Origin: Candidatus Microgenomates bacterium
GTDB taxonomy: Bacteria; Patescibacteriota; Microgenomatia; Levybacterales; UBA12049
DNA: 45,156 bases
Direction of reading: 5' to 3'
Assembly (NCBI GenBank): GCA_025451755.1
Contig: JANWJT010000018.1
Span: 1 to 45,156, forward strand
Positions 26,924-35,859 of the stretch are shown here, in pieces. The translations under genes and the position numbers were made by a program. Under the pieces are notes generated by a model that saw nothing but the letters and a program-made list of their open reading frames with translations, was not told the origin of the DNA and searched no databases. The stretch's first letter is position 1, and every line of letters starts with the position of its first letter.

Positions 26924-27397
26924 ATGGAAATCCTCGCTAAAATCTGGCGAATGCTTCGTTTACCCAAATCAATACAGCTTTTCATTATGAGAATTTTTGA
27001 GGACCAATTTTTAATTGGAGTAACTGGAATTATTCTAAATAGCAAAAATGAAATTTTACTTTTTAAATACAACTACAGACAAACTAAATGGGGATTACCA
27101 GGTGGTTATATTAAGGCAAAGGAGCACCCACAAGAAGCGCTAGAACGGGAGATAGAAGAAGAATCAGGGTTTGTTGTAAGTGCCGATAAAGAGTTAAAAA
27201 TAAGAACCGACAGGGAATCGGCGCGCGTAGACATATGCTTTGTCGGTAAATTAATGGGTGGTGAGTTTAGAAAAAGTTCAGAAGTTACAGAGGCGAATTT
27301 TTTTTCTTTTAACGATTTGCCAATGCTCATGTCAAAACAGCAGCTGTTTATAATTGAACAAGCACTTTCTCAGAAAAAACTTCTAACAAAATCTTAA
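26924..27397 (+). CDS. NUDIX hydrolase
   Basis: Nudix box PGGYIKAKEHPQEALEREIEEESG. Confidence 0.9.
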   Translation: MEILAKIWRMLRLPKSIQLFIMRIFEDQFLIGVTGIILNSKNEILLFKYNYRQTKWGLPGGYIKAKEHPQEALEREIEEESGFVVSADKELKIRTDRESARVDICFVGKLMGGEFRKSSEVTEANFFSFNDLPMLMSKQQLFIIEQALSQKKLLTKS

Positions 27398-27421
27398 GAT
27401 ATAAATAATATAGCTCTTTCT

Positions 27422-28363
27422 TTATGAAGATGGAGATTGTGATTGGTTGCGACGTCGATATAAATATGCCCCCAGAATACTTAAGCAAATGACCGCTCCG
27501 ACCATCAGTGAGTACAATATCCATGAATAAGAAGGTTTCTTTGCGCCTACACCAAATGTCAGATTCTTATTGTTTCCCGAAACATTTACTATTTGCTTCG
27601 AAAGAACTTTTTCGTCGTGGAGAGTAGATATGGTATGTACTCCTTCTGGGACTTTCTCAAAAGTTGCAACAGCAGAATTAGAATTTTCTGGGCTTAAAAC
27701 AGGAGTAACGACCATTTCCTCGGGAAGTTTAGAATCCAAAACTACTTTAAGCGCAGGCACTTCAATGTTTTTTGGAAGTGGAAAAGTAAAATGAATATCG
27801 TATAATTTAGCCCCGTTCGAATTTAAAGTTGGTTCTTCAATCGGCGAAGGACTAGCAGAAATAGCAGTTGCAGTTCCAGTAATAGTATACCTTCCGTACC
27901 CTACGGATAGCAGTATTTTTTCTGCTCCTTTGTAAGTTGTTGCCGCTGTGTCAACAAGAGTAATGCTTGCTGTTCCCGAGCTTATTGCTTTTAATTCTAG
28001 CTCGTATACAGTGCAGGCCTTGGAAGATCCTCCTAAAATAACTCCGGCAAAAGATGGATCTGTTTGAGTTGGTGTTTTTACAAAAGCAAAGTCACAGTTT
28101 CCAATAGTTAAGTCTTGGACGCTTAGCTCTTTAGAAATTGCTACCGTTGCTTTGGCTGCATTAAATGGAGTTCCACCTCCGTCTATACCAATTGAAATAT
28201 TAAATGTCTGGCCATTTGTATAATTTCCTGTTTGCGGAGACAGCGTAATTGCCCCATCTGCGGCAAGAGTTTTCTGGGAAAAAAACAGTGAAATTAAACA
28301 TACTGCTAGAAAAATAATAAATTGTCTAAAATAAGCTATTTTAATTTCCATATTCTTTTGCAA
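27422..28363 (-). CDS. Secreted cohesin-like domain protein with C-terminal membrane anchor
   Basis: Signal peptide (TLA); LSP...GQTFNISI...LKAISSGTASITL cohesin-like pattern; TM + RRR at the C-terminus. Confidence 0.65.
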   Translation of the reverse strand: MQKNMEIKIAYFRQFIIFLAVCLISLFFSQKTLAADGAITLSPQTGNYTNGQTFNISIGIDGGGTPFNAAKATVAISKELSVQDLTIGNCDFAFVKTPTQTDPSFAGVILGGSSKACTVYELELKAISSGTASITLVDTAATTYKGAEKILLSVGYGRYTITGTATAISASPSPIEEPTLNSNGAKLYDIHFTFPLPKNIEVPALKVVLDSKLPEEMVVTPVLSPENSNSAVATFEKVPEGVHTISTLHDEKVLSKQIVNVSGNNKNLTFGVGAKKPSYSWILYSLMVGAVICLSILGAYLYRRRNQSQSPSS

Positions 28364-29522
28364 TGATTGAAAAATCAGTTAAATCAATAATACCATCGTT
28401 GTTCATATCCGAAAGGGGAGAATTAAGTGTCCCTGTATTATCCCAGTCACTTCCAAAGATTGAAAGATCGATTAAGTCAATAACGCTGTCGCCATTAATA
28501 TCTGCGAGCCTATGAAGAGAAATGTTCGTGCTCGTACTGGTACTTATATTCCCAGTAGTATCTTGTCCATGAATGGTAAAGGTATTTAATCCAAGAGTAA
28601 GCGAAGCAAGAAATTGCCACGTCGAGGCGCTAGAGTAAATAACATTAGCAGAAGAATTATTTACAAAAACTGTTATAACTGTTGGCAATCTTGAACCGCT
28701 AAGTAGTATTGAGTTTTGGTAGGTTTCAGATGGCATAGCATTAATTGTTGGTGGCTCTAATGGAATGGTAGTTGGTGTAACTGTTGGGATTGGAGTAGGT
28801 GTTGCTGTTAGAATTGGCGTAGGGCTAGTCGTTGGAATTGGAGTAGGCGATGATGTAGGGATTGGTGTTGGTGTATTTGTTGGAACTGGAGTTGGTGTAG
28901 ATGTTGGGGTAGGCGTTACTGGCATGGCTATAGAATATGATCCGTCTTGCATGGAAAGTAAAATTTCATTGTGATCTGCATATGATTTAACTGATCCGCT
29001 TTTTAGCATAATTGTATCGTTGCCTGTTGCCGTTGTTTGTAATGTAAGAGTATATAAATTGCAATGAAGAGATGAGCCATTAAGAATAGCTCCAGCAAAA
29101 GAAGGATCGCTTGTCTTTGGAGTTTTGTTTGCATTTATAAAGACAAAATTACAGCCCCCGGAAGAAATAGGAGTAATTGTAAGGCTTTTTACAGTCAAAT
29201 TGCTCGAAACAGTAACGTCGGCCTTAGCGGCATTAAATGCCTCTCCTCCTCCGTCAATAACAAGGTCAACTGTAAACTCTTGGCCTACAGAAAATGTTCC
29301 AGATGGTGGGTCTATGTTAATGGTCGCTGTTTTATTTGATGCTGCTTGCTGAATAAGACTAAGTAGCTCACCAGTAATAAATGGAGTGCTAATAATAATA
29401 AGTAGCATCGTAATTAAAGAGAGTTTGCCAAATTTATCTAATGATTCAAATCTGTCCCAAAAATGTACAATAGTGTTGCGCTTGGAAGAATTATATTTTC
29501 CAAAAGAGAGAAACTTTGGCAT
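28341..29522 (-). CDS. Cohesin-like domain + PT linker + Ig-like domain + C-terminal dockerin-like domain
   Basis: N-terminal TM; domain paralogous to the 27422 gene; long PT repeat; duplicated DINGDSVIDLIDL / DMNNDGIIDLTDF Ca-binding loops. Confidence 0.75.
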   Translation of the reverse strand: MPKFLSFGKYNSSKRNTIVHFWDRFESLDKFGKLSLITMLLIIISTPFITGELLSLIQQAASNKTATINIDPPSGTFSVGQEFTVDLVIDGGGEAFNAAKADVTVSSNLTVKSLTITPISSGGCNFVFINANKTPKTSDPSFAGAILNGSSLHCNLYTLTLQTTATGNDTIMLKSGSVKSYADHNEILLSMQDGSYSIAMPVTPTPTSTPTPVPTNTPTPIPTSSPTPIPTTSPTPILTATPTPIPTVTPTTIPLEPPTINAMPSETYQNSILLSGSRLPTVITVFVNNSSANVIYSSASTWQFLASLTLGLNTFTIHGQDTTGNISTSTSTNISLHRLADINGDSVIDLIDLSIFGSDWDNTGTLNSPLSDMNNDGIIDLTDFSIIAKEYGN

Positions 29523-29612
29523 AAATGCTAACTACTTCTTATATCGTATAGTACAACAGATTCACAGTGCTATTGTCAATAGCAGGAGATTATTTAAGAA
29601 ACATTACTTTCC

Positions 29613-29641
29613 TTGAAGTCAATTCCGTTTTAAGATAGAAT
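29613..29641 (+). promoter_or_regulatory. Promoter of ileS (probably leaderless transcript)
   Basis: TTGAAG-17 nt-TAGAAT ending 7 nt before the ATG. Confidence 0.55.
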
Positions 29642-29648
29642 TAAGTTT

Positions 29649-32534
29649 ATGTTTAAGCCTGTAAGTCCTAATGTAGATTTTCCAAAACTAGAAGAAGAAA
29701 TATCAAGTTATTGGAAAAAAAATAAAATATTTGAAAAGTCCATAGAATCACGTCCAAAAAATAAAAAATGGACATTTTTAGACGGTCCACCTTTTGTAAC
29801 AGGCCTTCCTCATTACGGCTCGCTTCTTTCCAGTATTCCTAAAGATGTTTTTAGTAGATATTGGACCATGACGGGTTACAGAGTAAGAAGAGTTTGGGGG
29901 TGGGATGGGCATGGGCTTCCAATCGAAAATAAAGTTGAAGAAAAGCTTGAAGTAAAACGAAAAAAAGATATAGAAGAAAAAATAGGGGTAGGGAAGTTTA
30001 TTGAAGAATGCAAGAAATACGTGAACCAAGTTTCCCAGGATTGGGAATGGTACGTGGATAGGATAGGAAGATGGGTTGACTTTAAGAAAGCCTATAAAAC
30101 CTGGGATTTGGATTATATGGAGTCAGTCATGTGGGTTTTTAAGCAAATGCATGACAAGGGATACATATATAAAGGTCTTCGCGTAACTCTTTATTGCCCT
30201 CACTGTTCAACTCCAATATCTAACTTTGAAGTTGCCATGGATAGCGATAATTATAAAGAAGTTGAAGATCCGGCAACGGTTTATAAGTATAAATTAAATG
30301 ACGAGCAAAACACTTACATTCTAGCTTGGTCTACAACTCCTTGGAATAAAATAGTAACTCCAGCTCTTGCTGTAAATCCAAATCTAATTTATGTCAAAGT
30401 AAAGCAAGGAGAAGAAAATTATATTATTGCTAAATCAAGAACCGAAATTCTAAAAGAAAAAGGGCAATACAAAATTATCTCCGAGCTTAAAGGAAAAGAC
30501 CTGCTCGGTAGAAAATTTGAACCTCATTACGATTATTACTCGGCAAAACCTGGTGAAAAAATATTCGAAATTATAAGCGGAGATTTCGTTTTAGAAGATG
30601 AGGGAACTGGTGTTGTAACAATCGCAGCATATGGAGAAGAAGACTTAAAAGTAATGAATGAACAAAATATTCATATAGAAATTCATTTGGACGAAGAAGG
30701 AAATGTACTTCCAAATGTTCCAAAATTTGGCGGAATGTATTATCTTAAGGCAAATAAAGCAGTAAATGAAGATCTTAAAGAACGTGGATTAATTTATAGC
30801 GATAAGAATGAAAGACATAGCATTCCGCTTTGCTGGAGGTGTCATACAAGACTTTATTATGCGCCTATTTCAGCATGGTATGTTAATGTTCAAAAGTTAA
30901 AACCGCTTCTTAAAAAAACAAATGAAAATATAAATTGGTTTCCTGAGCATTTTAAGCTTGGACGGTTTTTAAAAAGCCTGGAGAATGCCCCTGATTGGAA
31001 TATTTCTCGAAATAGATATTGGGGTTCGCCCATTCCCGTTTGGGAATGTAAATGCGGAGAGCAATTTGTTCCAGGATCTATAAAAGAACTTGAAGAAGAA
31101 TCAGGACAAAAAATAACAGATCTGCATAAGCCTTTAGTTGATGAGATTACTGTAGTTTGTAAAAAATGCGGAGAAAAAGTACATAGAGTAATGGAGGTTT
31201 TAGACAGTTGGATAGAAGCAGGATCTGCATCTTTTGCAGAAAGGCACTTTCCTTTTAACAAAGAAGAAAAGCTTGAAGATTTTTTTCCGCCGGATTTTAT
31301 TGCCGAATATACGGGGCAAATAAGAGCATGGTTTTATGTACTTCATGTAATAGGTGGAGCAATTTATAAATCTAATGCGTTTAAAAATGTTGTAGTTGAG
31401 GGAGTTATTCTTGGAACAGATGGAAGAAAGATGAGTAAAAATTACGGAAATTATCCGGATCCGAAGGAGTTATTGCAAAAATACGGTGGAGATGCTTTAA
31501 GACTTTATCTAATGGGAAGTCCTATTATGCACGGAGAAGATATATTAATTTCGGAAGAGCATTACAGAAATCAGGTAAAAGGAATGATGCTAGTTCTTTG
31601 GAATATTTACAATTTTTTTGTAACATACGCAAACATCGATAAATTCGAAATTCGAAATTCGAAATTCGAAATTTCAGAAAATGTATTAGATCAGTGGATT
31701 ATTTCGCTCCTTAACCAGTTAATTCTTAATGTAGCAAGAAGTTTGGATGGTTACAATACGGTTGTTGCTATTGATGCATTCAAAGTTTTTGTTGATGAAT
31801 TTTCTACATGGTATATTCGCCGCAGTCGCGACAGAGTTGGCCCATCTGCAGAAAATGAAGAAGACAAAAACGCATTTTACAAAACTACATATCATACACT
31901 CGTAACTGTTTCTAAATTAATTGCGCCAATTATTCCATTTTTGGCAGAGTCAATGTATCGAAACTTGACCGGAGAAGAGTCAGTTCATTTAACCGATTGG
32001 CCGAAAGTGAATTCAGAATTCAGAATTCAGAATTCAGAATTAATTTCCTCAATGAATCATGTCCGTAGTTTAGTTGAGCAAGCGCATTCTTTTAGAAAAA
32101 GTCGTGGCATAAAAGTTCGTCAACCCTTAAAGAGACTTGGGATTTTCGGTAACAGGATCAAGGAAGAAGAGTATTGGAAGAAGTTTGAATCAATAATAAA
32201 AGATGAATTAAATATTAAAATAATTGAATATTTAAATTACATAGATGTTCCCAAAGGTAAAAGTATTATTGACGGAACTATTGAGGGAACATGGAAAAAA
32301 GAATCAAGTTTTTTTGTAGATTTTGAAATTACACCGCAGCTTAAAGCAGAAGGGCAAGCAAGAGATATTATTAGAATGATTCAGGAAGAAAGAAAAAAAA
32401 TGGGATCTAGAATCGATGAAAAAATCAACGTAATATTGCCGGACTGGCCAGTTGATTTTGAAGAATACATAAAGAGAAGAGCTCTTATAATTAATATCAA
32501 AAAAGGAGAAAAGCTTGAGGTACAAAAAACGTGA
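29649..32534 (+). CDS. ileS: Isoleucine--tRNA ligase, type 2 (archaeal/eukaryote-like)
   Basis: DGPPF..GLPHYG, WSTTPW, DWNISRNRYWG, KMSKN, CP1 editing motif GTGVV. Confidence 0.95.
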   Translation: MFKPVSPNVDFPKLEEEISSYWKKNKIFEKSIESRPKNKKWTFLDGPPFVTGLPHYGSLLSSIPKDVFSRYWTMTGYRVRRVWGWDGHGLPIENKVEEKLEVKRKKDIEEKIGVGKFIEECKKYVNQVSQDWEWYVDRIGRWVDFKKAYKTWDLDYMESVMWVFKQMHDKGYIYKGLRVTLYCPHCSTPISNFEVAMDSDNYKEVEDPATVYKYKLNDEQNTYILAWSTTPWNKIVTPALAVNPNLIYVKVKQGEENYIIAKSRTEILKEKGQYKIISELKGKDLLGRKFEPHYDYYSAKPGEKIFEIISGDFVLEDEGTGVVTIAAYGEEDLKVMNEQNIHIEIHLDEEGNVLPNVPKFGGMYYLKANKAVNEDLKERGLIYSDKNERHSIPLCWRCHTRLYYAPISAWYVNVQKLKPLLKKTNENINWFPEHFKLGRFLKSLENAPDWNISRNRYWGSPIPVWECKCGEQFVPGSIKELEEESGQKITDLHKPLVDEITVVCKKCGEKVHRVMEVLDSWIEAGSASFAERHFPFNKEEKLEDFFPPDFIAEYTGQIRAWFYVLHVIGGAIYKSNAFKNVVVEGVILGTDGRKMSKNYGNYPDPKELLQKYGGDALRLYLMGSPIMHGEDILISEEHYRNQVKGMMLVLWNIYNFFVTYANIDKFEIRNSKFEISENVLDQWIISLLNQLILNVARSLDGYNTVVAIDAFKVFVDEFSTWYIRRSRDRVGPSAENEEDKNAFYKTTYHTLVTVSKLIAPIIPFLAESMYRNLTGEESVHLTDWPKVNSEFRIQNSELISSMNHVRSLVEQAHSFRKSRGIKVRQPLKRLGIFGNRIKEEEYWKKFESIIKDELNIKIIEYLNYIDVPKGKSIIDGTIEGTWKKESSFFVDFEITPQLKAEGQARDIIRMIQEERKKMGSRIDEKINVILPDWPVDFEEYIKRRALIINIKKGEKLEVQKT
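31641..31673 (+). repeat. Heptamer tandem repeat (AAATTCG)x4+ inside ileS
   Basis: Encodes KFEIRNSKFEI in frame. Confidence 0.9.
32009..32041 (+). repeat. Heptamer tandem repeat (GAATTCA)x4+ inside ileS
   Basis: Encodes NSEFRIQNSEL in frame. Confidence 0.9.
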
Positions 32535-33610
32535 ACAGGCAATTTCTAAGAATTGATATCGGACTTTTTGTTCCGGCATTTTTTCTTTTGGTAATAGGGC
32601 TTGCAGGAATTTTTTCTTTAAACCCCGACTTATTCAGAGCTCAGTTGTTGTTCTCTGTTTTGGCTATTTTTGCATTTATTTTTTTTTCCCAGGCTAATTT
32701 TCAGTCTCTTAAAGAAAGTAGTGTTTTAATTTATATTGCTTCAATAATAATTCTAGTCATAGTACTTCTAGTTGGAGTTGAAGCCAGAGGATCTGTTAGG
32801 TGGCTAGAGTTTTTTGGTTTTAGGATTCAATTTTCGGAACTTCTTAAGCCATTTCTTTCTTTATCCCTGGCATCGTTTTTAGCTACCAGAAATAATTATT
32901 CTTTAAAATTATTCTTTTTAGTTTTGGCACTTCTATTTCCTATTTGGTTTTTAATTTTTCTTCAGCCCGATTTAGGAAATTCTGTCATCTATTTTTTAGT
33001 AGCTGTTTTTGTTATGTTTATTTTTGGTTTTCCCTTACGCTATTTTCTACTATCTTTATTTTTAATGATAGTTTCTTTTCCGATTTTCTGGAGATTCTTA
33101 AGAGAGTACCAGAAAGAAAGACTTCTTACTTTTTTTCATTTTAGAGTTGATTCACTTGGTACTTCTTATAACGCAATTCAGTCAGTTATTGCAGTTGGAT
33201 CGGGAATGTTTATGGGAAGAGGGCTTGGTCAAGGAACTCAATCTACCCTGAGGTTCTTACCCGAAAGACACACAGATTTTATATTTGCGACCCTTTCCGA
33301 AGAACTGGGATTCATTGGATCTTTATTAATACTTCTTGCTTTTGGCTTTCTTTTCTACCGGATTTTTTTAATTTATAAAAATTCGGATTCATTATTCTCT
33401 AAAATATTTGCTCAAATGACTTTTTTTCTCTTTTTAATACAGTTTTTTATAAATATTGGAATGAATATTGGGATTATGCCTATTGTTGGTGTTTCTTTGC
33501 CTTTCGTATCTTATGGTGGAAGTTCCCTTCTTTCAAGTTTTATTTTTTTAGGCTTTCTTTCTTCCATGAGTAGGACTACTCATTCAAAAGAAGTTCTGGA
33601 AATTAAGTAA
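32531..33610 (+). CDS. rodA: SEDS family rod shape-determining protein RodA
   Basis: QPDLG, YQKERL, SYNAIQSVIAVGSG, LPERHTDFIF, LPFVSYGGSS; second SEDS gene, outside the dcw cluster. Confidence 0.88.
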   Translation: MNRQFLRIDIGLFVPAFFLLVIGLAGIFSLNPDLFRAQLLFSVLAIFAFIFFSQANFQSLKESSVLIYIASIIILVIVLLVGVEARGSVRWLEFFGFRIQFSELLKPFLSLSLASFLATRNNYSLKLFFLVLALLFPIWFLIFLQPDLGNSVIYFLVAVFVMFIFGFPLRYFLLSLFLMIVSFPIFWRFLREYQKERLLTFFHFRVDSLGTSYNAIQSVIAVGSGMFMGRGLGQGTQSTLRFLPERHTDFIFATLSEELGFIGSLLILLAFGFLFYRIFLIYKNSDSLFSKIFAQMTFFLFLIQFFINIGMNIGIMPIVGVSLPFVSYGGSSLLSSFIFLGFLSSMSRTTHSKEVLEIK

Positions 33611-33633
33611 AAGGTTTGGTATAATCTAAGGCT

Positions 33634-33996
33634 ATGGAGTATGTAGTAATAAGAACAGGAGGAAAACAGTACAAAGTGTCTACTGGTTCAGTCATAGATG
33701 TAGATAGGATAAATAGCGAAAAAGATAAAGAAATAATTTTAGACGATGTTCTCTTGTGGGTTAATGATGAGAAGGTTAAAATTGGAAAACCAAATCTTCC
33801 CGATGTTAAAATTAAAGCAAAGGTAATAGACAATATAAAGGGAGAAAAGATAAAAGTTGCAAAGTTTAAGGCAAAAGCAAGGCACAGAAGAATGACAGGT
33901 TTTAGAGCGTATCTAACCAGACTTGAAATTAAAAGTATCGATAGTGGTAAAACTGAAGTCAAAGCAAGTAAGAAGGCATCAAAGCCCTCTGTTTAA
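33634..33996 (+). CDS. rplU: 50S ribosomal protein bL21
   Basis: YVVIRTGGKQYKV, IGKP, G-x-R-x-x-x-T motifs. Confidence 0.96.
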   Translation: MEYVVIRTGGKQYKVSTGSVIDVDRINSEKDKEIILDDVLLWVNDEKVKIGKPNLPDVKIKAKVIDNIKGEKIKVAKFKAKARHRRMTGFRAYLTRLEIKSIDSGKTEVKASKKASKPSV

Positions 33997-34007
33997 AGAA
34001 TTACTAC

Positions 34008-34036
34008 TTGACTTATGTGAAAACTGGCAATAGAAT
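34008..34036 (+). promoter_or_regulatory. Promoter between rplU and rpmA
   Basis: TTGACT-17 nt-TAGAAT. Confidence 0.6.
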
Positions 34037-34063
34037 AATTCTAGTTTTCACACTATTTAAGAT

Positions 34064-34318
34064 ATGGCACATACAAAAGCACAGGGAGCAGTAAGAGGAA
34101 ATAGGGACTCAGTCGCAAAGCGTTTGGGCATTAAACTATATGCCGGTCAAAAAGTTTCCCCAGGCAATATTATTGTTAGGCAAAAAGGTACAAAATTTTT
34201 TCCCGGAAACGGAGTAGAAATGGGAAAGGATTTTACGCTGTTTGCAGTTGATGGCGGAACAGTGTCTTTTAAGAAGTCCAGAGGTAAGAAAATCGTTGAA
34301 ATTATTAAGTTAAATTAA
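34064..34318 (+). CDS. rpmA: 50S ribosomal protein bL27
   Basis: MAHTK...RDS..KRLGIK...[10 protein letters not shown]...GKDFTLFA. Confidence 0.97.
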   Translation: MAHTKAQGAVRGNRDSVAKRLGIKLYAGQKVSPGNIIVRQKGTKFFPGNGVEMGKDFTLFAVDGGTVSFKKSRGKKIVEIIKLN

Positions 34319-34325
34319 ATAATTT

Positions 34326-35165
34326 ATGGATGACCAAACGCAGGAAAGAATTTTCGAACTTGATATAACTTTACTTCAGACAAACCCTCTCCAGCCACGT
34401 GGTGTTATTGCACCAGAATCCTTAAATGAATTAGTAGAATCAATAAGAGAACAGGGGATACTGGAGCCTTTGGTTATTGCAAAAACTCCGGCAGGATATC
34501 AGATAATCGCAGGAGAAAGAAGATGGAGAGCGGCAAAAATTTTAGGATTTCCTAAAGTCCCTGTAGTTATAAAAGAAGCAACGCCTCAGGGAATGCTTGA
34601 AATGTCTATTGTCGAAAATGTGCAAAGGGAGGACTTAAACCCTATAGAAAAAGCACTTGCATACAAAAGATTGATAGATGAATTTAATCTTGGAACAAAC
34701 GAAGTTGCAAAAAGAGTTGGAAAAAGCGCACCTGCTGTATCAAACACAATAAGACTTCTAACTCTCCCAGATGCAATAAAGGACGCTTTGGTTGCGGGTG
34801 TTATTACAGAAGGACATGTTAGGCCGCTTATTTCTGTAGGCGATCAGAAATTAATGATAGAGCTATTTAAAAAGATATTGCGGGAAAATAGCACGGTTAG
34901 ACAAACGGAAGATATGGCAAGAAGAGCAAAATCTGAAGTTGAAAAAAAAGAACCTCGTACAGCAAGCGACAGACTTTGGGTGCCCGAAATGGATGAAATG
35001 GAAAAAGGACTTGAAAAAAAACACGGATTTGCTAAGGTAACAATGTACCAGTCAAGAAGTCTTGCCAGAATTGTTATTGCAATTAGGGGAGACATTGACG
35101 AAACAACCCCAAAAGTAAAAGAAATTTACGAAACATTAATGGGGGAAAAACCTAAGGAGTCTTAA
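34326..35165 (+). CDS. parB: ParB/Spo0J chromosome partitioning protein
   Basis: NPLQPR, IIAGERRWRAA, ENVQREDLNPIE, HTH region. Confidence 0.94.
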   Translation: MDDQTQERIFELDITLLQTNPLQPRGVIAPESLNELVESIREQGILEPLVIAKTPAGYQIIAGERRWRAAKILGFPKVPVVIKEATPQGMLEMSIVENVQREDLNPIEKALAYKRLIDEFNLGTNEVAKRVGKSAPAVSNTIRLLTLPDAIKDALVAGVITEGHVRPLISVGDQKLMIELFKKILRENSTVRQTEDMARRAKSEVEKKEPRTASDRLWVPEMDEMEKGLEKKHGFAKVTMYQSRSLARIVIAIRGDIDETTPKVKEIYETLMGEKPKES

Positions 35166-35709
35166 CGACCCTCATCTCTCCTAGCGGCCAATACACAAAA
35201 AAAGATTTCCCAATAACAGATTTTAGCGGAACAAACGACCATTCTCTTGAATCTGAACTATATGATCTGTTGTCTCCCATAACAAAATAATTTTCCAGAG
35301 GAACTTCTACTTCTTTTCCTTCTTTTAAGAATGAACCACCGTAAGTTCTAACATCGGATTTAAGATATTTACTCTCATCAAGCATGTGCCCGTTTAAAAA
35401 AACTGATCCGTCTTTTATGTAAATTTTGTCTCCCGGAACAGCAATGACTCTTTTTATAAAATCTTTCTCTTCATCTTGAGGAGATTTAAAAACTATAACT
35501 TCTCCTTTTTTTGGTTTTTCAAAATTCAGAGAAATTATGTTTGTGAGTATATATTCTCTGTCGGTAAAATTTGGGTACATTGAAGCACCATTAACCTGGA
35601 AAGGGCGAAACAAAAAAACATAAATTACAAGAAAAGCAGCTGCGGCCAAAAGAAGGGTCTCGACAATATCTACTAAGAAAGTATAAATTTTACGCAGAAT
35701 GAACATCAT
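35152..35709 (-). CDS. lepB: Signal peptidase I (bacterial P-type)
   Basis: GASMYP (Ser), FIKRVI (Lys), GDNR..SSDSR. Confidence 0.93.
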   Translation of the reverse strand: MMFILRKIYTFLVDIVETLLLAAAAFLVIYVFLFRPFQVNGASMYPNFTDREYILTNIISLNFEKPKKGEVIVFKSPQDEEKDFIKRVIAVPGDKIYIKDGSVFLNGHMLDESKYLKSDVRTYGGSFLKEGKEVEVPLENYFVMGDNRSYSSDSREWSFVPLKSVIGKSFFVYWPLGEMRVVKTP

Positions 35710-35737
35710 TCTTTAATTGTCCTTGATTTAGCTTCTT

Positions 35738-35766
35738 TTGTCAACGATAATACTTTGTGATAACAT
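35738..35766 (+). promoter_or_regulatory. tRNA promoter, overlapping a divergent lepB promoter
   Basis: + strand TTGTCA-17 nt-TAACAT with TG extension; the - strand reads TTGACA-17 nt-GACAAT from the same -35 region towards lepB. Confidence 0.5.
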
Positions 35767-35772
35767 GTTGTG

Positions 35773-35846
35773 GGGCGCATAGCTCAGCTGGTTAGAGCGT
35801 TGCATTCACATTGCAAAAGTCTCAGGTTCGAATCCTGATGCGCCCA
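35773..35846 (+). tRNA. tRNA-Val (anticodon CAC), CCA not encoded
   Basis: Acceptor GGGCGCA/TGCGCCC + A73; D arm GCTC/GAGC; anticodon arm TTGCA-TTCACAT-TGCAA; T arm TCAGG-TTCGAAT-CCTGA; followed by CTA. Confidence 0.95.
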
Positions 35847-35859
35847 CTACCACTTAAAT

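Noticed and set aside
29567-29580. ACAATAGCAC near TTGACA shared with 9015-9024
   Set aside because: Only a 10-nt match with different spacing to the -35 box; plausible by chance.
33997-34063. Missing prp/ysxB between rplU and rpmA as an anomaly
   Set aside because: bL27 begins MAHTK with no N-terminal extension, so the protease is not needed; ordinary.
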